Shown here: positions 38,215 to 46,818 of the stretch, piece after piece | Layout of the letters: each line of letters opens with the position of its first letter | Position numbering within the stretch: the stretch's first letter is position 1 | IMG/VR virus record: IMGVR_UViG_3300020469_003502 | Span: 1 to 53,797 of that record | Reading direction: 5' to 3' (one strand) | DNA: 53,797 bases | Source: a virus | Lineage: Duplodnaviria; Caudoviricetes | Made by a program: the position numbers and the translations under genes | Notes under the pieces: model-generated | Told to the model about the DNA's origin: nothing | Databases searched by the model: none | The model's input: the letters and a program-made list of their open reading frames with translations, nothing else

Positions 38215-39551
38215 GAGTAACTAAAAAAATGCTGAGAAACGGATACAGCGGTCCTGGTGAACTTGACAATGCAGTTGCAGAGTTTACTGATGGAAAACGC
38301 AACGGTTTAGGTGTGGACGATTCGGTGGCTGGCGAATATAAAGATGACAAGTTACATGGTTATGCTATTAGTAACATTACTAAAAACATCAACAGATATG
38401 AAGATGGCGTAATTGCTGAACAACTGGTCACAAGATATATGAATGGTGACATATGGGTTGGTACAAATGACGTTGGCATACTAATAAGACTAGACGGAAC
38501 AACCAGCTCAGCAAAACCTGTATATGTTGAAAATCCAGTTTATTTTATAAATCAAGACAAACAATTTAAACGCATAAGCATGGTAGATTTAAAAATGCGT
38601 GAGATTGATTTTAGAGGTTGGTATTGTCCAATTTACAAAGCTAACTTTAGCATTAATCCTGTTGGTGAAATTTGTAGTGGTGTGTGTGCTAACATCAGAC
38701 ATGTATCAAAGTTTGATCCGCATTGGAAAACTTTGGACAAGTTAGTACTAAAAGAAAATACAATGTGTAAACTAAAAGCATGCTTTTGTGATGCTGATCT
38801 ACTACAGCCCAAAGCACGAACCAAAGAGCTTTACGATTATTTCAATGAACACAATCAATTTGATGAACACCAATTAGAAGAACTACCTGTAGCCACAGAC
38901 GATGACGAAATACTTGCAATGGGCAGAGGTAGTATGATGATGAGTGAAATACATTTTCATATTGGCTTACGCTGTAACTATGATTGTGCATATTGTCCAG
39001 GTCCAGTATATGATGAAACAGGCAAACTACAAAGTGGTGTGCATGACAATTCAAGTCCGCATATGAGTGTGGAAGAATTTAAACATGGGCTAACACTGCT
39101 TGACCCTCATGTACCTCCAAAGCCTAATCGCAGAGTATATATTACAGGAGGCGAGCCAACACTTAATCCAAAAATAAAAGATCTAGTACAAGTATGTTTG
39201 GACATGGGGTTTGAACCTAGAATAAGTACAAACGGAACAGGCAGTGAAAAGAAGTACAGAGAACTACTTGACATGGATGTGTATTTAGAATTTAGTTTTC
39301 ATGTAGAATTTACTATAGATAAAGTAATACAAAAAGTTACAAATCTTATCAAAGACTATGATCCAGTAAAAATTACTGTAAAATGTATGAGTTTTGAAGA
39401 TACACCTTTTGCACAAAAAGTGCAATACATTATACCCAAAGACAAAGATATATTTTATTATCCGATCTATGGTAGAGATATTGAACACAAATATTACTAT
39501 GATAGATCAGAACAAGAAAAAGAACAAGCAGAGGTGCAGTTTAATGATTAG
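38211..39551 (+). CDS. MORN-like region, auxiliary Fe-S domain and C-terminal radical SAM domain (permuted order)
   Basis: AEFTDGKRNGLG/GEYKDDKLHGY; GWYC...C...CKLKACFC; then CNYDCAYC, TGGEPT, STNG. Confidence 0.8.
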   Translation: MRVTKKMLRNGYSGPGELDNAVAEFTDGKRNGLGVDDSVAGEYKDDKLHGYAISNITKNINRYEDGVIAEQLVTRYMNGDIWVGTNDVGILIRLDGTTSSAKPVYVENPVYFINQDKQFKRISMVDLKMREIDFRGWYCPIYKANFSINPVGEICSGVCANIRHVSKFDPHWKTLDKLVLKENTMCKLKACFCDADLLQPKARTKELYDYFNEHNQFDEHQLEELPVATDDDEILAMGRGSMMMSEIHFHIGLRCNYDCAYCPGPVYDETGKLQSGVHDNSSPHMSVEEFKHGLTLLDPHVPPKPNRRVYITGGEPTLNPKIKDLVQVCLDMGFEPRISTNGTGSEKKYRELLDMDVYLEFSFHVEFTIDKVIQKVTNLIKDYDPVKITVKCMSFEDTPFAQKVQYIIPKDKDIFYYPIYGRDIEHKYYYDRSEQEKEQAEVQFND

Positions 39552-40569
39552 AGAAGATATAAAAAAACTAAACAGACCTCATTGGGCAGGATTGCTTGCT
39601 AGAGTAGAGAAGATAGAATCAGGATATGTTAACTTGGATAGAAATGAAAACCAAGACGAAGTATTGTGTGGTCATATACAAAAAGCAATCAAACATTTCT
39701 TAGATTTATCCAGCTCAATGAAGTATGAAGATTATTATAGATACTATGAGATATTTGCAGATTACTACAACACTACCATGGACAACATATTGATAACAGG
39801 TGGGTGTGACGAAGCAATACGCTTGACATTTGAAGCAACACTAGATAAATCCAAAAAGTTTTTAACTATATCGCCCACTTACAGAGGCAGTGTAACAAAT
39901 GCTATAGATCTGACAGATAATATAATTGAATGCAGTGAAGACGAAGATGACATCACTGCTAGTATTGAACAACACAGACCAGATGTATTTTATATTTGTT
40001 CACCTAATAATCCAAGTGGTAAAGTCTACAGTGCAAAGTTTTTGGATTATATTTGCGGAGCATATCCAAACATGACTGTGCTAATTGATAATACGTACAG
40101 ACATTTTTGTACAGAAGATTATTTTGAATTGTGCAATTATGAAAATTGTTTATTAGCATTTAGTTATAGTAAAAGTTGGGGATTAGCAGGTGCTAGACTG
40201 GGCATACTACAAGGACATGCAAATACAATTAGTGAAATCACAAAGATAAGACCAATAATGAGTGTAAGCAGTATTACACTTAGACTTGCAGAATACTTGC
40301 ACAAACATCATTACATAGTAGAAAAGAGCCTAGAACGCAACAGAGAAGGCATCGAGTTTGCACATAAATATTTTAGTAATTGTAAAATATATAGCGAGCC
40401 AACGATTAATCATGTTGTGTTTGAGCCAACTGAAGATATAATCAGTAGATTAGATTCTCAAAAGATACTGTATGGCAAAGCACCAGAATTTAGTAGCACA
40501 GCTATTAGATTAACTACGTTGCCCAAGGATCAGTTTGAGAAACTTATATGTTTAAATACCTCCAAATAG
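39544..40569 (+). CDS. PLP-dependent class I/II enzyme (HisC/CobD-like)
   Basis: LDRNEN, GCDEAI, CSPNNPSG, SYSKSWGLAGARLG. GAGGTG RBS before ATG 39544. Confidence 0.85.
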   Translation: MIREDIKKLNRPHWAGLLARVEKIESGYVNLDRNENQDEVLCGHIQKAIKHFLDLSSSMKYEDYYRYYEIFADYYNTTMDNILITGGCDEAIRLTFEATLDKSKKFLTISPTYRGSVTNAIDLTDNIIECSEDEDDITASIEQHRPDVFYICSPNNPSGKVYSAKFLDYICGAYPNMTVLIDNTYRHFCTEDYFELCNYENCLLAFSYSKSWGLAGARLGILQGHANTISEITKIRPIMSVSSITLRLAEYLHKHHYIVEKSLERNREGIEFAHKYFSNCKIYSEPTINHVVFEPTEDIISRLDSQKILYGKAPEFSSTAIRLTTLPKDQFEKLICLNTSK

Positions 40570-41339
40570 AAACAACAACATTTTGTAATGCAACATGTTG
40601 GTTTTGTCCAAATCATTTAGTTCCAAAAGAACACATGGAACTTGATTTAATCTATAAAATTATAGATGATACCAGAGACATGGGCATAACGTACAGACCA
40701 TTTGGATTGGGTGAGCCATTGGTTGATACAAGACTGCCAGACATAGCAAGATATATTAAAGAAGATCCTACAGCTAAAGTAGAACTTAACAGTAATGGTG
40801 AACCCATGACACTGAAAACAGAACGAAAGATTGCTCCGTTTGTTGATATAATACGTTTTAGTGTAGATGGTTTTAGTAAAAAAACTTTTGATGAAACCAG
40901 AGGTATTAGTTTTGATAGAGTATATGAAAACGTAACTAGATTTGTAGACAATCATCCTGAGATCGACTGTGAAGTAAGAATGATCAACTTACCAGATACA
41001 AAAGCAGAACAAGAAGCATTCAAAGACTATTGGAATAATGTTAGACCAGGTTGTGCAAAAATTACAGAACTGTATCAACACCCTTGGGAAGACCAAACCA
41101 AAAGTTTAAACTTGCCTTGTAAGAAAGTTGAAGACGAAGCATTCATATACATAGACGGAACAATGTATTTGTGTCCATGGGACTTTGGCAAACGCAATCC
41201 TGTTGGTCGAGTAGACATGCAAACAAGTCCTGTAGATGTATGGAACAATCATCTTTACAACAAATACAAAGGATTACTCAAGGAGGGCAAACGCTGTGAC
41301 ATCGAACTATGTAGCAGATGTAGTGCAGTCTTCACCTGA
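40548..41339 (+). CDS. Radical SAM/SPASM protein
   Basis: CNATCWFC, GLGEP; C-terminal PC...DGTMYLCPWD...VWN...LCSRC. Confidence 0.9.
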   Translation: MFKYLQIETTTFCNATCWFCPNHLVPKEHMELDLIYKIIDDTRDMGITYRPFGLGEPLVDTRLPDIARYIKEDPTAKVELNSNGEPMTLKTERKIAPFVDIIRFSVDGFSKKTFDETRGISFDRVYENVTRFVDNHPEIDCEVRMINLPDTKAEQEAFKDYWNNVRPGCAKITELYQHPWEDQTKSLNLPCKKVEDEAFIYIDGTMYLCPWDFGKRNPVGRVDMQTSPVDVWNNHLYNKYKGLLKEGKRCDIELCSRCSAVFT

Positions 41340-42567
41340 TATAGTTCCAGTTGGAAAACCTAAAGGTTGGAAGCCCAAAGGATTTAATCAAGATGACAGT
41401 CAACTTACAGCAGATGCTAAAAATTTAAATGGTAGGTACTGCGGACATTTTTTCAATAGAGCAGAAATAAGTGCATATGGCGGAGTGTTTATGTGTTGTC
41501 CGTATTGGTTGCCTGTAGTTATTGGTGACCTAAATGTGCAAACTATGGAAGAGATATGGAACGGACCTAAAGCACAAGAGGTAAGAAATCAATTGTGGGA
41601 CGGTAGAAACTGGCCCATGTGCAAACACAATACCTGTCCAAAAATACACAACGATGAACTTGTTGTTATAGATGAGATATCAAAGAGACGTAATAATGGT
41701 AACCCAAAAGACGGTGCATATCATAACTTAACTGAATATGAACTAAACGCTATTAGTACTCGAAGCACAGTAGCAGAATATCTACCACATGATATACAAA
41801 TTGGTTCAGATGAAAGCTGTAATTTATATTGTCCAAGTTGTAGAAATGAAAAAATACTACATGCAAAAGGCAATGCTTACAACAAAAGAAAACACCTAAC
41901 TGATAAATTGTTTGAAGAAATAATGAATGCACCAAAAGATTATTGGTTTGACCTTTGGATTACAGGTGGCGGAGATCCTTTTGGTAGTAAAATTTTCAGA
42001 GAACGTTTACAAGGTATGGACTTAACTGATAGACCAAATACCTACTTGCATTTTCAAACCAACGGAGTTATGCTTACGCCCAAAACTTGGGATAGTATAC
42101 AGAGAGTTCAACGCAATGTCAAGAGCATGATTTTTAGTTTTGATGCTGGTAGAAAAGATACATATGAAAAGGAAACAAGACTAGGCGGACATTGGGATCA
42201 ATTGGTAAGCAATGTTGATTATGTTTATTCACAGATGGGTAACTTTGAAAATCACGTAGCAGGCAACCAAGACTTGAGTATTACACATAACTTTGTAGTA
42301 CAAACTTGTAACTACAAAGAGATTCCAGAGTTTATACAAATGGTAAAAGATAGATGGTGGAGTGATACAAAACCCTGTAGAGCAACTTTTAGTTTGATAC
42401 TACAATGGGGACACATGTCAGATTTTGAACAACGTGCTATTTGGAAACCCACACACCCAGAACACAAAGATTTTTTACGTGTGCTACGAGATCCAAGAGT
42501 TATAGATAATAGTAAAATGTGCCATTTTGGTAACATGGGCACACTAGTTAAACAGGCTAATGCATGA
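41296..42567 (+). CDS. Radical SAM protein with N-terminal SPASM domain
   Basis: YC..F..MCC..W..EEIWN..C...CP, then CNLYCPSC and GGGDPF. GTG 41296 follows AGGAGG (start inferred). Confidence 0.88.
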   Translation: MTSNYVADVVQSSPDIVPVGKPKGWKPKGFNQDDSQLTADAKNLNGRYCGHFFNRAEISAYGGVFMCCPYWLPVVIGDLNVQTMEEIWNGPKAQEVRNQLWDGRNWPMCKHNTCPKIHNDELVVIDEISKRRNNGNPKDGAYHNLTEYELNAISTRSTVAEYLPHDIQIGSDESCNLYCPSCRNEKILHAKGNAYNKRKHLTDKLFEEIMNAPKDYWFDLWITGGGDPFGSKIFRERLQGMDLTDRPNTYLHFQTNGVMLTPKTWDSIQRVQRNVKSMIFSFDAGRKDTYEKETRLGGHWDQLVSNVDYVYSQMGNFENHVAGNQDLSITHNFVVQTCNYKEIPEFIQMVKDRWWSDTKPCRATFSLILQWGHMSDFEQRAIWKPTHPEHKDFLRVLRDPRVIDNSKMCHFGNMGTLVKQANA

Positions 42568-43211
42568 TTCTAATCGTTGGTTGTAGTTTCAGCAGTGGCT
42601 GGTTTTCATACAAAAATAAAACTGAAACACTACACAATGACTACTGTTGGTATGACGAACTTGATCAACCATACGAAGTTTACAGTCATCCAGGTGGAGG
42701 TATAATGGCATATGGTCAATGCTTACAACACATTGATCTCAGCAAGTATAGCAAAATACTCATACAGGAAACATTCACTCCAAGAATAGTTATACAACGA
42801 CAGTTGGAATACACAGTTGTACGTAATGGTGTATACCAATGGACAATTGATAATTATTTCAATAACAATATTCATGCTTGGAATAATGTACAAAACAAAC
42901 TGGAAGAACATTTCAAATTTGACTGGCAAAAAGGAATAAGTGATTGGTTTATAGCATTAAATGAACGGGATAGTTGGGATTATCTAAACAGTGCAAGTGC
43001 AAGTCATTTGGATTTATTAGCTAGTCAAACAAGTTTGCCCACATATAGTTTTAGCTTAACTGGAGTTAAATACCCATATAAATATATTAAATATCTAAAT
43101 GTAAATCCTGAGAATTTATTTTACAAGTTGGATTTGCACAATCCGGATTTACATTTTACTCACAAAGGCAATACTGTATTAGGACAGATGATAAAAAATG
43201 AACTACCGTAA
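42564..43211 (+). CDS. SGNH/GDSL-like hydrolase or acyltransferase
   Basis: Block I GCSFSSG; C-terminal DLHFTHKGN. Confidence 0.6.
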   Translation: MILIVGCSFSSGWFSYKNKTETLHNDYCWYDELDQPYEVYSHPGGGIMAYGQCLQHIDLSKYSKILIQETFTPRIVIQRQLEYTVVRNGVYQWTIDNYFNNNIHAWNNVQNKLEEHFKFDWQKGISDWFIALNERDSWDYLNSASASHLDLLASQTSLPTYSFSLTGVKYPYKYIKYLNVNPENLFYKLDLHNPDLHFTHKGNTVLGQMIKNELP

Positions 43212-44043
43212 AACAGCTTTAGTATGTGGTTGTAGCTTCACCGCAGGTTCCTACAGTTGGGATCCTGAGTATATACAATACAATGAAGTACTACAAAGTG
43301 ATGGCACTACTGTTAAACAAGACAATGGATTAGGCAGAGAACGATTGGACATTAATGGAGGTTGGGTTGAACATTTGGATCCACAAGACCATTACACAGT
43401 ATATGCTATCAGTGGCGGAGGTATCGCACAGCATGCCACAGTAGTTGAACACTACTACCAAACAAATCAGCTAGCAGATTTTGATTATATTGTTGTACAA
43501 TGTACTTGGGAACCAAGACTAACTTGGAATACACCAGGTACTATTGAAGAATGTTTTTGGTACGAACATGACTTACAAGCTGAAAACATTGATATGTATC
43601 AAGGCAAAGGCACCAGCAAAAACTTTAATTTTTTAAATGCTGGCAACAAAGCCAACCTCGGTGGCAACTTTAATGATTATCCAGACTATCAGAAGAAACT
43701 TTTTGATAGTATGACCAATACAAACGTAGTTCAGTCGTGTGCAACTCTAATAGATGAGAGATGTAAACAAACTGATACACAATTGTTTTACTTTCCTTGG
43801 GCTGACTGTGGTCCAGAACACAATTTAAAATTTGAAAATGGCACACGACTACAGTTTCCATATCCTTGGGGAGTTGGTACAGGTACTATGGATATATTTT
43901 TAAAAGAAAAATATCACGTGTTTGGTCCAATCGATACAGCAATTAGTAGAGATGGAAGTGATACTTTTATTGGACACTTTAATCGAGAAGGAAATCGTGT
44001 AATAGGTGAACGTGTACGCAAAGAGTTGGATCAATACCTATGA
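43198..44043 (+). CDS. SGNH/GDSL-like hydrolase or acyltransferase, paralog
   Basis: GCSFTAG, SGGG, VVQCTWEPR, GHFNREGN. Confidence 0.6.
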   Translation: MNYRKTALVCGCSFTAGSYSWDPEYIQYNEVLQSDGTTVKQDNGLGRERLDINGGWVEHLDPQDHYTVYAISGGGIAQHATVVEHYYQTNQLADFDYIVVQCTWEPRLTWNTPGTIEECFWYEHDLQAENIDMYQGKGTSKNFNFLNAGNKANLGGNFNDYPDYQKKLFDSMTNTNVVQSCATLIDERCKQTDTQLFYFPWADCGPEHNLKFENGTRLQFPYPWGVGTGTMDIFLKEKYHVFGPIDTAISRDGSDTFIGHFNREGNRVIGERVRKELDQYL

Positions 44044-44558
44044 AAATACTAGTGCTTGCAAATACAACTGAATGGCTAGAACGTTTGCCCAAAGAACATG
44101 AATACGGTGTTTACACAATTGCTTATGGAAACTACTTGAACTATTATGAGCTCTTGACATGGTTACGAATTCATAATATAATTAAACAGTACGAGTATAT
44201 ACTAGTAGAGTCATCATCAACACCAAATTTATGTTTCTATAAACGTACTTGGGTTAATAATTTAATACGTTCACAGAAGGATAATTTTGAATATTGCAGT
44301 GCTGACATTAATTTTTTAGTATGGTCAACAGATGTATTTGATACTGCTCAAGGTGATCAAATACAACATAAGTATGACATGCAATTGACCAGACCACAAA
44401 TAGACTATCTACAAAAATTAGTTGTAAATAATTCAATCGATGCAATAATGAAAGGTAGTCAAATTAGGTTAGAGAGATATTTAAAAAGATTGAACATAGA
44501 ATATAATTTAATAACGGATGTAAACAATGAAAATATTAATATTTGGTCTGCCAGGTAG
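44040..44558 (+). CDS. Hypothetical protein
   Basis: ATGA-coupled ORF; no clear motif. Confidence 0.55.
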   Translation: MKILVLANTTEWLERLPKEHEYGVYTIAYGNYLNYYELLTWLRIHNIIKQYEYILVESSSTPNLCFYKRTWVNNLIRSQKDNFEYCSADINFLVWSTDVFDTAQGDQIQHKYDMQLTRPQIDYLQKLVVNNSIDAIMKGSQIRLERYLKRLNIEYNLITDVNNENINIWSAR

Positions 44559-44952
44559 TGGTAAAACTACACTAGCAAAACCATTTGCAGAACTAATCGG
44601 CGGTATACACATTAATGCTGATACAATAAGAAAAAAATATGACGATTGGGACTTTAGTCCTGATGGACGTATTAGACAAGCACAACGTATGCGACACTTG
44701 GCTGATGGAGTAGAGATGGCTGGCAAAATTGCAGTTGCTGACTTTGTGTGCCCCACCGAACAAGCACGTAAAGAATTTGCACCCGACTATACAGTTTGGA
44801 TGGATACAATTAATGCAGGTAGATTTGCCGACACAAATGCTATATTTGAAAATCCTCCAAACTGCGATTATCATGTAGGCAAATGGTTTACAGATACACC
44901 AGCACAATTAATGCCAGTAGTACAACGTTGGATGGAGAAAAATAATGTTTGA
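44527..44952 (+). CDS. cysC: Adenylylsulfate (APS) kinase-like protein
   Basis: GLPGSGKTT P-loop, NADTIR, DFSPDGRIRQ, DFVCP, FENP. Confidence 0.75.
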   Translation: MKILIFGLPGSGKTTLAKPFAELIGGIHINADTIRKKYDDWDFSPDGRIRQAQRMRHLADGVEMAGKIAVADFVCPTEQARKEFAPDYTVWMDTINAGRFADTNAIFENPPNCDYHVGKWFTDTPAQLMPVVQRWMEKNNV

Positions 44953-45334
44953 TTGGAAGAAACCCACTGCACAAATGCTTGGACGTTGGCAACCTTGGCA
45001 TGATGGACATACTGAATTGTTCAAACGCATACTAGCAGAACACGGACAAGTTTGTATTATGATACGAGATGTATGTGGTGCAGATGCTGGTATGGGAAAC
45101 ACAGACAACCCGTTTGATTATCGTACAGTAAAGAAAAATATCATAGCAGGGTTGGAAGAACATGGTTATAAATGTGGTATTGAATATGAAGTTTTAAGTG
45201 TTCCTAATATTGTAGACATCAGCTATGGCAGAGGTGTAGGATACACATTTACTGAGCATGACTTGGATAAAGATATTCAAGCTATAAGTGCGACAAAGAT
45301 TCGTGCTGAAATGAGAGCTAAAGGCGAACTATGA
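44945..45334 (+). CDS. Small HxGH nucleotidyltransferase (cytidyltransferase-like)
   Basis: GRWQPWHDGH, YGRGVGY, ISATKIR. Confidence 0.8.
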   Translation: MFDWKKPTAQMLGRWQPWHDGHTELFKRILAEHGQVCIMIRDVCGADAGMGNTDNPFDYRTVKKNIIAGLEEHGYKCGIEYEVLSVPNIVDISYGRGVGYTFTEHDLDKDIQAISATKIRAEMRAKGEL

Positions 45335-46818
45335 TAAGTTGGGGTTGGACAGGTATGGCACATGATGCTAGTTTAGCAGTGTTTGATAACAAGCAACTGA
45401 TGTTTGCCTCTCATGCCGAACGTTACAGCAGAATAAAAAATGACAAGCATCTTAATCGTGGTATACTTATAGATGCATTGTACCATGGTGAGCCTGATGA
45501 AATATTCTTTTATGAAAGACCTTGGTTAAAGAAAACAAGACAGTTGTACGCTGGACAGTATAATTTACTTACAAAACCTTCTCCAAGAAGTGTGCTTGGT
45601 GAATTGTATACTAATCCACCACGTGTACGCACAACAACGCATCATCACAGTCATGCCGCCGGAGGTTATTTTACCAGTCCGTTTGATGATGCTGTGATAC
45701 TGTGCATAGACAGTATAGGTGAATGGGAAACAATTAGCATATGGACAGGTGAAGGTAATCAATTAAAGAAACTATGGAGTCAAAGTTATCCTAATAGTAT
45801 AGGCATATGGTACAGTGGTATGACACAGCGTATAGGCTTAAAGCCACAAGAACATGAATATATATTAATGGGTATGGCGGCTGTAGGTGATCCCAACACA
45901 TATTATGATCTAATTAAAAATGATTTTATATTAAAGATGCCCACAATGCAAGACGGTAAAACTGTATTTTTACGCAACTGTCACAGAGGTTGTATGAATT
46001 GGCAACCTTTACTAAACAGTGTACAAAATTATGCTGATATAGCCGCGGCGACTCAGCGTATATACGAAGAAATATTTCTAGGACTAATAAGACACACAGC
46101 ATACTTGACCAATGGTCGTAAAAAGAATCTGGTACTTACCGGAGGTTGTGTATTGAACTGTGTTGCAAATCCAATTGCACATACACATTTTGATAACGTA
46201 TGGATCATGCCCAATCCAGGTGATGCTGGCAGTGCAATTGGTTGTGTGCTTGCTCACAAAAGCGAACACATAGAGTGGCCCGGACCATATTTGGGACACA
46301 ATATACAAGGAGAATATCCAGTTGAAAAAGTTATACATGAACTACAAACCAACAAAATTACTGCCGTTGCGGCAGGTAGGGCTGAGTTTGGTCCTCGGGC
46401 TCTCGGCAACCGTAGTATTCTTGCTGATCCCCGCGGAGATGATGTCAAGTCGCTTGTTAACAGTATTAAACACAGAGAGTCATTCAGACCATTTGCGCCA
46501 GCAATCCTTGAAGAACATGCGTCAGATTATTTCGACGGCTTCACAGGTCCGTACATGCAATACACAGCAACGTGTAAAGACCCTGCTTCGTTTCCAGCAA
46601 TCATCCACTACGATGACACAAGCAGAGTTCAGACAGTATCTAAAGACAATAATACAGGATTCAGAAAACTGCTAGAACGTTGGTATGAACTAACAGGTTG
46701 TCCCATGCTATTGAATACAAGTTTAAACATCAAAGGTGAGCCATTGGTTAATAGTTTAGCTGACGCCGAGCGTTGGAGCGAACAATACGGAGTAGAAGTT
46801 TGCACACCCTCGGTATAG
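45331..46818 (+). CDS. O-carbamoyltransferase (NodU/CmcH/TobZ family)
   Basis: HDAS, ERYSRIKND, HHHSHAA, EYILMG, GDAG, EFGPRALGNRS, RESFRPFAP, LNTSLN. Confidence 0.95.
   Translation: MISWGWTGMAHDASLAVFDNKQLMFASHAERYSRIKNDKHLNRGILIDALYHGEPDEIFFYERPWLKKTRQLYAGQYNLLTKPSPRSVLGELYTNPPRVRTTTHHHSHAAGGYFTSPFDDAVILCIDSIGEWETISIWTGEGNQLKKLWSQSYPNSIGIWYSGMTQRIGLKPQEHEYILMGMAAVGDPNTYYDLIKNDFILKMPTMQDGKTVFLRNCHRGCMNWQPLLNSVQNYADIAAATQRIYEEIFLGLIRHTAYLTNGRKKNLVLTGGCVLNCVANPIAHTHFDNVWIMPNPGDAGSAIGCVLAHKSEHIEWPGPYLGHNIQGEYPVEKVIHELQTNKITAVAAGRAEFGPRALGNRSILADPRGDDVKSLVNSIKHRESFRPFAPAILEEHASDYFDGFTGPYMQYTATCKDPASFPAIIHYDDTSRVQTVSKDNNTGFRKLLERWYELTGCPMLLNTSLNIKGEPLVNSLADAERWSEQYGVEVCTPSV

Noticed and set aside
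39394-39543. Long upstream extensions in the ORF track (also 31957, 41236, 49030, 4977)
   Set aside because: They overlap upstream genes extensively; downstream starts have an RBS or stop-start coupling.
29383-42567. RiPP (ranthipeptide/sactipeptide) cluster interpretation of the radical SAM-SPASM genes
   Set aside because: No RRE/PqqD domain, peptidase-transporter or Cys-rich precursor seen; neighbours are sugar enzymes.
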